A program made the position numbers and the translations under genes. Of a stretch of 64,000 nucleotides of DNA, positions 52,699 to 64,000 are shown piece after piece (position 1 is the stretch's first letter; every line of letters begins with the position of its first letter). The notes beneath the pieces were generated by a model that saw only the letters and a program-made list of their open reading frames with translations, was not told the DNA's origin and did not search any database. This DNA comes from Octopus vulgaris (taxonomy: Eukaryota), in contig OX597814.1 in NCBI GenBank assembly GCA_951406725.2, positions 92,752,001 to 92,816,000 of the forward strand, in the 5' to 3' direction.

Positions 52699-53760
52699 GA
52701 GAGTATTGTGTGTTTTATTGAGACAGACTAATGGACTGAACCAACGAATGAACCACTGCGTGATCGTTCGATCTGTTAGATATAGCAGCTAAATCACACT
52801 CGACCTTTTTTAAAACCGGAAGGACGTTAGATAACGTAATTTTGGATACACGGTTACCGAAAATATAAAGTGGTTATCGATGCAATGCCTTTGATCATAA
52901 ATCTGCTCGATATGATTCCTTTGATCCTAACCGCAACGAATTACAGTTCGAACGCTTATTAAAGTTCTCCTTGGACCTTCCTACTCCCTTCGTTCATTTA
53001 AATCCTTGTCTAGTGTGTTTTCGCGATTTTATAGGCCCTATTCGTATATCTATTACACACACTCATTGTATTCTTTGTTTAATTTCATTTTTTATTTAGA
53101 AAAATATCCTGCGAAAAGAAATTATGTTTGACATATATTTTCAAAATCAAAACACCCATAAACCACAATTAACAACACTACTCTGAATGTACTATTAGCG
53201 TAATTTCTACTTAATCTGTTAATTTACTTTGTCATGTGATTCTGTAAAGGAAAAAAAAATCGATTATCTTTGATAGAGCTGGGTAAAAATTGTTGCTTTT
53301 TAAGCTTATGATTTCTTCAGCAATATTTATTTTGGTCTCTCCTTTCCCAACAGGGAAATGCTGAATAGCTGACGTCCACGCTTCAGATATTGATGCATAA
53401 TATTATAAGCCTTATTTACATCAACTTATCTATTTATTTTGGTACGATGCCATCCTTGTTATATTATTTTATTGTATGAACCCTTTCATAAATGCATTTT
53501 TTTTTTTTCAAGATAGTGATAACGACATCGTGAAATTAACTAAAAAATTCAATTGATGGAGTTTATTTATTTATTTATTCAAGTATTCGACTGAACGTTT
53601 GTGCGTGTGTGTGTGTGCCCTTCCTTACTCTCCCGGCACAAATAAAATAAAAGGATATTGTGACACTGAAACATTACCAGTTTGAACGATACTCAATGAA
53701 GTAAAAACAAGCATACTTCACCCTACATCGTTAACTGGTCCCAGGAGACACGACTTAAGT

Positions 53761-53845
53761 CGAATTAACTTGTCTCTGGGCTAGGCTAGGCCGAATTTAC
53801 TTGTCTCTGGGCTAGGCTAGGCCGAATTTACTTGTCTCTAGGCTA
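53761..53845. repeat. ~31-bp tandem repeat x3 within the Tigger end
   Basis: cgaatttacttgtctctgggctaggctaggc repeated. Confidence 0.9.
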
Positions 53846-53905
53846 AACCGATAATAACCATTCTCTGTTCTGTACTTTATTTATAAATGCATTTTCAATA
53901 ATACA

Positions 53906-54285
53906 TCTTTATATATAAAAGTGAAGTTGTGTGTCTGTCTCCTATGATTTAGATTCCTAACTACTCCCACATTTTGCGGTGCAGTTTAACCAAAAGCGGG
54001 TATCTTATAGTCGTGATTCATACCGAGCCCTTCTGGGTATTAGCGCGCGTCTACGATGAGTCTACGATTTTAAAAATAATTTACCATCATTTTATTCCAT
54101 TTTAATGCATTTTTTCGCTATTATATAAGGGAAGTAACTCTCTAAAAATGTCTACGATGAGTCAACGATTTTAAAAAAATTTCCATTTTTAATGCATTTT
54201 TTGCTATTTTTGGCTATAACTCACTAAAAATGCTTATATAGTTATTCCCCTTACAAACCTGTGCAACGCCGGGCGATACTGCTAG
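53906..54285 (+). mobile_element. Non-autonomous Helitron nested in the Tigger element
   Basis: near-identical inverted copy of 52201-52586; a-TC...CTAG-t. Confidence 0.88.
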
Positions 54286-57200
54286 TGATTAATAAAAACC
54301 TATTTTAAGCTTACAAACAAATAATTTTTATTTTCTAATACAGTATAGTAAAAAAAGTAATCTAAATTTACGCATACAATTTGGCGGTGTTTACCGTACA
54401 TCGCGGACACTTTATTTATGAATGCAGTTTGCAATAAGACATGGTAAAATAAAATACCAATACGTGCATGCAATTTGGTGGTTTACATCGCGGATAGAGA
54501 TGGCTGTGGATCGTCAACATCAACAGCTGACTCTGGCTGATCTTGTTAGATGTGCTTAAAAAACCGGTTGAGAGTTCTTTGAACTGTCTTCTTCTTTTCT
54601 TCAAGGATTACATTATAAGGAACAAAAGCTTCGTGACAAGCCCCCACAATTTTGGAAAAGCGTTGAGCATTAGGATCCATATCCTCGAACATAGATCTTT
54701 TTCGATATATGCAAATGCTTGCTGCATTTTCTTAATGGTAAAATGACGTGGTTCAGGTTCAACTTCCTCTTTATTTTGCTGCTCGTGAAGCTCTACCAAA
54801 TCCTCGTTCGTCAGTGATTGCTTTGTCTTTTTCAAATAAATCTGTGAAATCCTCCTCCTCCAAATCCATTTCCAGTTCTTTGCTCATAGTCACCAACGTT
54901 TTGCTGATGGCAACATTATCAAACCCCTTAAAATCATTCATGAATTGCAGGCATAGCTTCTTCCATACACCATTCATAGCCGTACTTTGTATGTAATTCC
55001 ATGCCACTGCTATGTTCTGTACAGCCTTGTAGATATCGTATCCTTCTGAAAGTCACAAAGTGTGATGGACTCATCAAGATCATTTGCAGCTATTGCTTTC
55101 CGCAGCATACGCTTCATAGAGTAACACTTGACGATACCAATTATTCCCCAATCCATTGGCTGCAGAAGAGATGTGGTGTTTGGAGGGAGGTATACGACAA
55201 TAACGTTTGGGATCAAAATCTATGATGTTTTGCAGGTGGGCAGGAGCATTATCTAAGATAAGTAAAACCTTAAAAGGAGTCCCCTTCTCCTTACAGTACT
55301 TCTCTGCTGCTGAGATAAAATGATTGAAGAACCAATCTTTGAAAACAAAAACAGAAGTCCATGCTTTAGAGTTAGCCATCCATATAACAGGGAGGGATGC
55401 CTTTGGTATGTTCTTTAGGGCACAAGGGTTGCAGGTATCATACACAAGCAATGGCTTTAACTTAAAATTTCTTGCACAATTACCTCCCAACATAATGGTC
55501 ACATGTTCTTTTGAGACCTTGTAGCCTGGAGTAGTTTTATCCTCCTTGGAAATGAATGCACAGTCTGGCAATTTTTTTCAATACAATCTAGTTTCGTCAA
55601 TGTTAAAAATCTGTTTTCTTCAATTTTTTTTTTAATGCATGAAGAAATTCCACTGCTGCTTGTTCGATAGCTGATGTACTTTTCACCTTGCTTCTTAATG
55701 AAGTGATAACTTCTTCACTCCTGAAATCTCATGAACCATCCTTGTCTTGCCTTAAGCTCTACATCTTTCTCATCAGGATATTGTTCTTCAGGTCCTCAAA
55801 CAAAGACAATGATTTCTTGACTAATAGCAGCACGCTGATGATTCAACCTAAGAATCCAAAGAGAAAGATTTCCAGTTTCTTCAAAGATTTTGCCTCTCTT
55901 CTTATTGATGACAGTGTTCTTCATCCCTGGGACTTCAGATTTGATATGTGCTGAAATTTTGTCTTTAATATGTACAATTGTTGATACAGTTGTCTGACTC
56001 ATCCCAAAAGATTGTGCAATTGCTACCACTTTTTCGTCTTTTTCGTGGCGTTTTATCACAACCAGTTTATCTTCCAGTGTTATAGCATAACGCTTAGCAC
56101 TTTCACTATGAATTTTCTTAGGAGCCACGGGGGCAAAAAGTAAAGTCACAAATGAATGAGAATGAGAAAGTAGCAATAAACAGACATCAACAAATCTGAA
56201 TTCAAAACAATCGCAAGTGACAGTGATACCTAATGGTAGATATTGGAACTACAGTGCAATATGAGCTCCAAAAGACCAATAGATAAGACTACACAACTGA
56301 TTATATGATTTCGTTCACTAAGCTACACTATTTTATGGTGTGTATCTTAACATTTACTGTACATATTTTAATATGATTTTATATGCTTTTATTCTTATTT
56401 ATTGTACAGTAACATGATTTTATGTGCTTTTAATAGTTTTCTAGTGATTTTACAATTCCAATATATGTGGCAGACAGACGTAAAGTCAAGTAGAATGACT
56501 TAACCTGATTTTTATTTTTCCATATATTATTTTTGAAAACCAACATATAATTAAGAGCAACTTAAATCCAAATGACTTAAGCTGAGGTATGCCTGTGGTT
56601 GGTTGTTTTCATGCAAATATCACCATGAAGCTAAGTGAGACCAGGATGTATGCAGCATGAGTTAAACATATTGTAACAGATATCAAACAAAAATAATTAT
56701 AACTTAATATTGTCTGCTTCTACTGTTTTAATAAACTTTAAAATCAAATAGGTGATATGGTCAACTGTCCTTTAAAATTATAATCCAAATAAAAGAATGA
56801 GGTTGAACAGTAGTAACATTAGGAACGGGACATAGCTATGTATTGTACTTCTTTCAGGCATTACTTGACTGCAGACTCATTTAAAAGGTTCAGATCACAC
56901 TCCAGTCCCTATTCAGAACTAATTATAAGTCTGGTAGTTTTTTAGGGGTTTTTTTTCAAAAATTTTTTTATTATTGGTTTCTTTTTGGTGAACCACTAAC
57001 TTACTTGATTATAAACAAATTGACAGCAGGATGTTCAAGTGGTGGAGAGACAAACAGAAAGATGCATGTGCACGCACATGTATGACTAGTTTCTGCAGTT
57101 TCCATCTACCAAATCTTCCTGTAAAGCATTAGCAGAAGGCACTTACTTGCAAAGCGAACTTCAGCTGTACAGCCATGCTTGTGCTTATGTAATTCGATGA

Positions 57201-59316
57201 GTTGATATGAAATCAATGGTGGCTATGTGGCAAGAAGTTTGCTTCCCAACAATGTTTCCCAGTTCAGTTCCCCTGCATGACACCTTGGGCAAGTGTGTTC
57301 TACTATAACATTGAGCCGACCAAAGCCTTGTCAGTAGATTTGGTAGACAGAAACTGAAAGAAGCCCGTCTTGTATATGTGTGTGTTTGTCTGTATTGGTG
57401 TGTTTACATCCATGTGACTTAGCAGTTTGGCAAAAGAGACCAATAGAATAAGTACCAGGCTTTAAAAAAGTAAGTCCTGGGGTTGGTTCATTCGACTAAA
57501 AACTCCTCAAGGCTGTGCCCCAGCATGCCTGCAGTCTAATGACTGGAACAAGTAAAAGATAAAAAGATACAACAAAAACTTATCTGTAATATTAAAATTT
57601 GGGGCAATTATAATTACCTAAAGTCATCACTCTCAAGCAAGCATCATCTGGTAACATGTATTATGCTTTTGCTAATTGTTTTCGGGGCTTATGTCATTGT
57701 GAATAAGCACAGAGACTCTCTTAGCTCCCCTCACTCTTTACCAAGAGAAACTTCCAAGATTTGAAAGCTGGTGGGTGTGAGGACTGCATCAGCTCTTGTC
57801 GGCACTTGGCTGTACTTTGTGTTCCTCGTTGGTGAAGGAAGAATCCTTTTTAGATTAATCCAGAAATCAGAACCGATTCGAAGATAACTATATTTTTATG
57901 AGTTTCTGTTAGCCTGCTTTCCTTGTTTCGACACATGGTGTAATAATATAAGTGAATATATCTTATGTGGTTAGACGACTTAGTGTCTATTTTTCAGCAT
58001 ATTGGCAAAGAAAATTTTTCTTTTGCCCTTATTTATAATTGTATTTATAATTTTCACCTTAAAAGGTATTTATCATATACTGGCCACTGGCAAAAATTTT
58101 TAATAAAATTTTATCCTTATATTAGTAGTATACATTTTTTCCCAAAATTTAAAGGTCAAAATCTGCAGTGCGTACTATATACAAGGTTAAAGATTAAAAA
58201 TATTTTCTAAGCAATGTCCGTGTCTCTATTTGCTGTCCGGCAATGTTTATTCAGACGCATTTTGTGATGTAGGGCACAAAAATACCTTAAGCTAAGCCTG
58301 AAAGCAATGAAGTCATAAAAGAATCACCCATAACTTGCAGTAAGCCACATTTATTAAAATAAACGTACTCAGAACATATAACAAAAACAATTTGCAAACA
58401 TATTTACATTCTCATATATCAGTTAAAAACATTGCCGTTATTGTATTACGCATGCACGGAAGTGTTTGTTTGAATAGGTGCTGCTGGCTTAATTACGCAC
58501 GACTCAAGTTAGAGAAGGGGTGCGTATTATACACAAGGTTTAGGTTTTTCAGAGGTACAGCCCCCTAAAAATCCCCTGCATATTATATTCAAGGATTTAC
58601 GGTATGCATATATATATATATATATATCAACTAAACACCTTCCCCAAATTGCCCTTTGTCAGACAAAATACTTTGCAGTATTTGTTCTGAGTTCAGATTC
58701 TGCTGTAATCAAATACTGAAGTAGTGACTAATCCCCGTGTCTAAAATATGCGACCTTATGTTTATGCTAGAAATTACTAGTATTATTGTTTTATATTTTC
58801 CCATTTTTCTTCTCCCGTGCTATTATGAACTCTCAGTGTAAACAACAGATAAAGGTTTTGCAATTACTTGTTGACAACCTGCACAGATGATTTGTTTATA
58901 ATGATCAAATGTTTGTACAACATATTAACCCACTCCCTACATCAAAGTGAGATTACCTTTACAGGTGCATGGTATGCCACACATAAAATTTTGATGTGAT
59001 TGCAGGGATGAAGAACACAATTCACCACACAGTCCAAGAATCAAAACCACAATCTCACTAGCTCATGTACCCTCACAGTTTAATAAAATAATAAATCACA
59101 GAGTTAATTATTTAATGGGATTAGGAAAAGTTTCTTAGATATAATATTGCACCTTCATGTCAAATATAATTTATTTAATTATTAATGATTACTTTTAGTC
59201 ACAGTATGACATGCTAATTGTGTATGAATTCAATTTATAAAAAATTTTTAATAATTTTTTCTTTTATGTTCAATTTCACATTAGGCTAGCTGGAAGGAAA
59301 GAGTGTTAATGTGAAA

Positions 59317-59598
59317 ATGGCTCCATGCAAAAAATTAAAGATTGATGATGATATTGCTACTTCCCCATCTCCCAGTCAAGGTTTGGCCGAAGACCAGCCA
59401 ATGCCAGAATGTCCTCAGCGCCGTCGCAGTGCACGTTTACAGCTGTTAGCCAAATCTCGGAGCTTGTATGAAATGCAACTGCCCTTACCTGATGACTACC
59501 TTGCAGAATTATCTTTGGAGATTATCTGCCGTATTTTGGATTATTTACCACTCCGTGATGTTCTTAAAATGGAATGCCTTAGCAAGAAAATCAAGCAG
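59317..59598 (+). CDS. FBXO38: F-box only protein 38-like, first coding exon (gene continues beyond the identifiable sequence)
   Basis: acceptor cattag ending 59284, ATG at 59317, donor cag/gtaaag; DYLAELSLEIICRILDYLPLRDVLKMECLSKKIKQ closely resembles the FBXO38 F-box (recalled as YLPLQDIMCMECLSRKLKE). Confidence 0.85.
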
Positions 59599-59812
59599 GT
59601 AAAGAAAAACCAAATGCCAAGAACACACACGTTTGTGTGTATGCATGTATAAACTTGTACATATATGTAATATATAGTGTCTAAATGTGTGTAGCGTGTG
59701 TGTTATTTGTTTGTTGATTCCTTTTATGTCCCTTTTTTCCTTGTTTACATAAATTAGACAAATTGTGTGTGTGTATATATATATACTTTATTTAAAGCAG
59801 CAGAAAATTCAA

Positions 59813-59861
59813 CAAAATCTGTTACTCTGAGTTTCTCGTTGCTGTTCATCAGACAGTTTTT
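59813..59861 (-). ncRNA. Minimal hammerhead motif (same family as 17225-17266)
   Basis: aaaactgt-CUGAUGA-acagcaacga-GAAA-ctcagag-UA-acagatttt; core intact, stem II disrupted. Confidence 0.55.
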
Positions 59862-59882
59862 GTTAGAATGTGTTTACTCCGG

Positions 59883-59969
<87 letters not shown>

Positions 59970-60296
59970 CAAATTGATCACGAAAATGAATTAAAAAACA
60001 AAAAAAAAAACAAGTGAAAGGCATGTTCACTATAAATATCATTAGTTTGACACTTGAGAAAGTTTTAGATGCAAAGTTTATAAATAAAGATATGATGTTT
60101 CAGACAGAGTAGACCTCACACATGCCTATGTGTGAGGTCTTCGTTGCCTATGTAGAAGAAAGTTCAGAGAAGAGGAAATACAGGAGGAGGAGGTAAGAAC
60201 AGTGTGTCAAGAGAAAGTCTTGTATGTGTGTGTAGGTATATATTTGTATATATGTTCATACATACATACATATATATATATATACACACACGCGCA

Positions 60297-60326
<30 letters not shown>

Positions 60327-60328
<2 letters not shown>

Positions 60329-61163
60329 GGGTGTCCCAAAAGTCACTGATGAGTTTCAACTTTTAATAACTTCCTTAACTTTACAAATAAATGCATGAAA
60401 TTTTGATAAAATATAAAGGACATAATGTAAATTAATATGCACACGTCGAATTTTGCAACACCACTACATGACATATGAAAAATGTCATCACTTAGATGGC
60501 CACCATTTTTGGCTTCATATGCCTGTACTCTTTCCAAAACTTGCACCACAACACCCTCAATAGTTTCAGACCTCACTTCTCTGATTTCATCTATTGATGT
60601 TCTCTTTCAGGTATCCCTACAAGAAAAAATCCAGACTAGTCAAGTCTGGGAAACGTGAAGGCCGGTTGACATTGCCATATCAGGAGATTATTCTCTTCAA
60701 AGCACTGCCATATCAACTGCATTGTTTCTCTTGTGGTATGGGAAGTTGCTCCATCTTGCTGGGGCTATGTGTGAGGCCTACTTTGAATGACTGGGTGCAA
60801 AAAGCTCTCAATCATGGTTCTGTTCTGTTCTCCAGACACTGTGACGGCATTTCCGTCATCATCCTCAATGAAAGACGAACCGATAATTTCATCTGCTGTC
60901 AATCCGCACCATACCCTGCACCTTACAGGATGCAGTTCTTGTTGGTGTACTGTTCTTTAGTTCTCAGAGACCCCAAAAATGTTAATTTTGTTTGTTAATG
61001 AACCCATTCAAATGAAAGTAGGCTTTATCAGTCATCACCAAATTCCAGGTGAAATTATTAATTTCCATAATGTCCTTTATATTGTATCAAAAATTTCATG
61101 CATTTATTTGTAAAGTTAAGGAAGTTATTAAAAATTGAAACCATCAGTGAATTTTGCGATACC

Positions 61164-61166
<3 letters not shown>
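60327..61166 (-). mobile_element. Tc1/mariner element with ~105-bp TIRs
   Basis: cagggtgtcccaaaagtcactgatg...ttcc ttaactttacaaataaatgcatgaaattttgata mirrored at 61056-61166; C-terminal NGGHLSD remnant; inserted in a CA/TA microsatellite. Confidence 0.88.
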
Positions 61167-61228
<62 letters not shown>

Positions 61229-64000
61229 TATATATATATATATATAGTGGTTGTCTACTCCTTATGCAGAGTTTGACCACCTCCCGTACCTACACATTAG
61301 AACCATCATAGTATCTGATGTGGCCCTTTAAACCAGACAATGTTTTGAAAAGACATCCACATAGATTGCATATCTGGTCTGGACCACCCAGAGCCACAGA
61401 TAAGTTCTGATCTTCGTGGCCGATTACTCAGCAATTTTTCTCTTGTAAAACTTAAATATTTTTCCATTTATTGAATTTATTTTGAAAGTTCCAACATTGT
61501 ATTGTACTTTCTGGTATTTACTTTTTGTTATTCGTTGTACATTTTATTATTTTATGAATGATATTTAATAATCTTTTCTTTTTATTTCTAGAAAATAGCT
61601 ATGGAGTGGTGAAAATAGTAAACCACTGGACTTAATACCTTTTGGTATTTACTTCCATCCTCTTTTAGGCTGAGTTAAAATCTCATTGTTGTCTTCCTTC
61701 AAGTGTCAATAGCACAACTACCAATCATGTATTGGTCACTTAATTTGATGTACCCTCATACTGCTAAGCTGTGGTCTTGTATCAATATAAAATATCCATA
61801 GCTGGTATAGAGAATGTGTATAAAATAGTAATCTTGTAGATTCCAGTCTTGATAATTTATTGTAATCAAGTATCATAACTGTATTGTTTTGAATTGAAAC
61901 TATGCTAGTTATATACAGAGTAGTTAAGTGACTCTGCAGTACCACTTTCTCTTTGAAGAATGAGAAAAAAATGGCTTTGGTAGTAGAAGACACTTGCCCA
62001 AGGTGCCATGCAATGGGACTGAAGCTGAAACCTTGTGGTCAAGAACCAAAAAGCTTCTTACCACATAGCCATGCCTGTGTGTCATAGCTACACTTGCAAC
62101 TTATAGCCATGCTCATAGCTACGCCAGTGTCTATATTTATACAGATTTCTGCTTGACAAGTTAGAATCCAGAATTCTTCAGTGATGACTTAATTATTTAT
62201 CTTTGTAAGGTAAATAAGCTAAATGTCTAGTAAGCTTCAAAGATTTGACTGTTTTTACAAAAACAACCATTTGTATCATAAGTAATTTGGTAGATTTACT
62301 AAAAAGTGCTTTCATTCTTGGTAATGAGTTCTGTTTCTTTCTTGTTTTTGTGTTATTTTGACTCTCTAAATCAGTGTTTTCTAACTCCTATTCCATCAAT
62401 TCTGAGACCCCCTTCGGTCACGACACAGACCATGGGAATGCACCGAGAAAGTTACCCTTCCAGGCACAAGTCTAGGCAAGGTTGTTTATGGAAGACCAGC
62501 AGTTGCCCATGCATACTGGCCTCCCCTCTCCACACCACCAGTGTTATCCAAGGGAAAGGCAATGCCTGATACAGCTTGGCACCTGTGACGTCGCAACTCA
62601 TTTCTACAGCTGAGTGGACTGGAGCAACGTGAAATAAATTGCCTTGCTCCATCAATTCAGAGGGGAAAAAAAGAGATCACTGAATAGCTCAATGGCCTGA
62701 TATATTTTCACAGAAGATTGTAAACAATGCCTTTGTGTGGAAAATGATTTTGTCTTTAATCAACATGCAAATGTTAAAACAAGAAGACACAAATACTCTC
62801 TCACTCATGCGTGTGTACACACATACCCACACATGCACACTTAGACACAGGGCTTGTCTTAGAGTTTTCATCTACCAAGTCACTCAAGGTATTGGTCAGT
62901 TCATGGCCATAGTAGGAAACACCAGCTTGTAGCCCCACATAATAGGAATGAACCCTGAACAAATATGTGTGTATGCTGGCAGGTGAGCATGTTTGTTTGG
63001 TTAAAAAATTTGCCTCCCAACCACATGGTTTTAGGTTCAGTTTCACTGCATGACATCATGAGTAACTGTCTTCTACTATAGCCCTGGGCTGACCAAAGCT
63101 ATATGAGTTGATTTTGAGATGGAAACTGAAAGAAGCTTGTTGTGTGTGTATTACAAAACAGCTGTTAACTAATGGAATAAACATCTATTCTCTCACTTTA
63201 CTGCTCATATCCTGTTAGTTTTTATACATACACTCTGCCATTGCAATTCTTGGATCTTGAGAACAACACTGAGGTTACATCCTAGCCTTAACCAGTCTTC
63301 CTTGATTACCATGAACCAAGCAGAGCTTACTGTGACCTCTGTTTGATTCTTGTGTGTGTGTTTGTGTCTCCTTTCTTGATAGTTGTAAATGAGCATCACT
63401 GTCACATAGCTGGTGTCCTTTATTTTCAATCTTCCATGAACACATGTCCAGCCATGGGGAAATATTGCTTTTCTTGGAAACGTGAGGATTAATGATGGGA
63501 CATGCATCTGGCTGTAGAAAATCTGCCTTATTGAATTCTGGCTGATCCATGTGAGCATGGAAAATTGAATGTTAAAATTTTATATATATATATACTAACT
63601 TAAAAGCTGCACTCCTTGCAGATTTTAAAGTTAGCTCCTGTAGAGGGCTAATTGGGCCTGTTGCCCAAAACTAAAGAGAGCTAAATAACATGACTATAAT
63701 ACATCTATAATGACTATATGGTGTTTGGTCAGAGGTTAAGGATGGATGAGAATTAATTCTGTAATGCAATCATTCTGTTGTTCCAATCCCAAGTTGAATT
63801 CCAACTGTTGGCCAGTTTGTCCCAAAGTTCTTATCTCGATATAAAATTAATGAATTGAATGTCGTTTATCTCTCCCTTGATTTCTGACATCATCTGACAC
63901 ATTCCAACCAAGATGGCATGACTCAACCAAGCTTTACCTGCTAGAAATAGCAACCCAAATACTTTTAAATCAGATCCCAATGCTGTATGTTCAAGAACCA

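Larger units (their letters stand above)
53708..56595 (-). mobile_element. pogo/Tigger transposon, frameshifted
   Basis: termini caagcatacttca / tgaggtatgcctg; CENP-B-type HTH (55796-56176); KVLLILDNAPAH and YLPPNTTSLLQPMD DDE motifs. Confidence 0.92.

Noticed and set aside
60340-60360. CTGATGA matches here and at ~14412, ~20790, ~22578 and ~38423
   Set aside because: No compatible GAAA with stems I-III; several lie in DNA-transposon or SINE sequence
61313-61402. atctgatgtggc...gccacagat foldback, and a similar-looking block at ~57830-57875, as plus-strand hammerhead relics
   Set aside because: Core residues (A9, GAAA) are missing and the three stems could not be assigned; noted because real relics here would weaken the strand-bias finding
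59599-64000. Second FBXO38 coding exon
   Set aside because: No phase-0 acceptor followed by an FBXO38-like continuation was found; it probably lies beyond the window

Overview
AT-rich, microsatellite- and transposon-dense animal genomic DNA, most likely an octopus (inferred from the repeat families, not proven). It holds a complete 10-exon NUBPL/Ind1 gene on the + strand (12553-43295, 960-nt CDS, 319 aa) and the first coding exon of an FBXO38-like F-box gene (59317-59598, +). NUBPL intron 8 (17.2 kb) carries two closely related RTE-clade LINEs in inverted orientation. One has an open 1037-aa APE-RT ORF; the other is 5'-truncated with one nonsense codon. Both have a C4HC3 PHD finger inserted inside the RT domain. 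The rest is relics of Penelope-like elements, Tc1/mariner, pogo/Tigger, hAT, piggyBac, Merlin and Helitron elements, plus several tRNA-derived SINE families. Most notable: the PHD-in-RT LINE; five minimal type-I hammerhead-ribozyme motifs, all antisense to the host genes; a promoter-proximal segment duplicated between inverted ribozyme-bearing repeats; a potential ~2.9-kb intronic dsRNA; and a SINE split by ~6.5 kb of nested insertions. All alignments and folds were done by eye.
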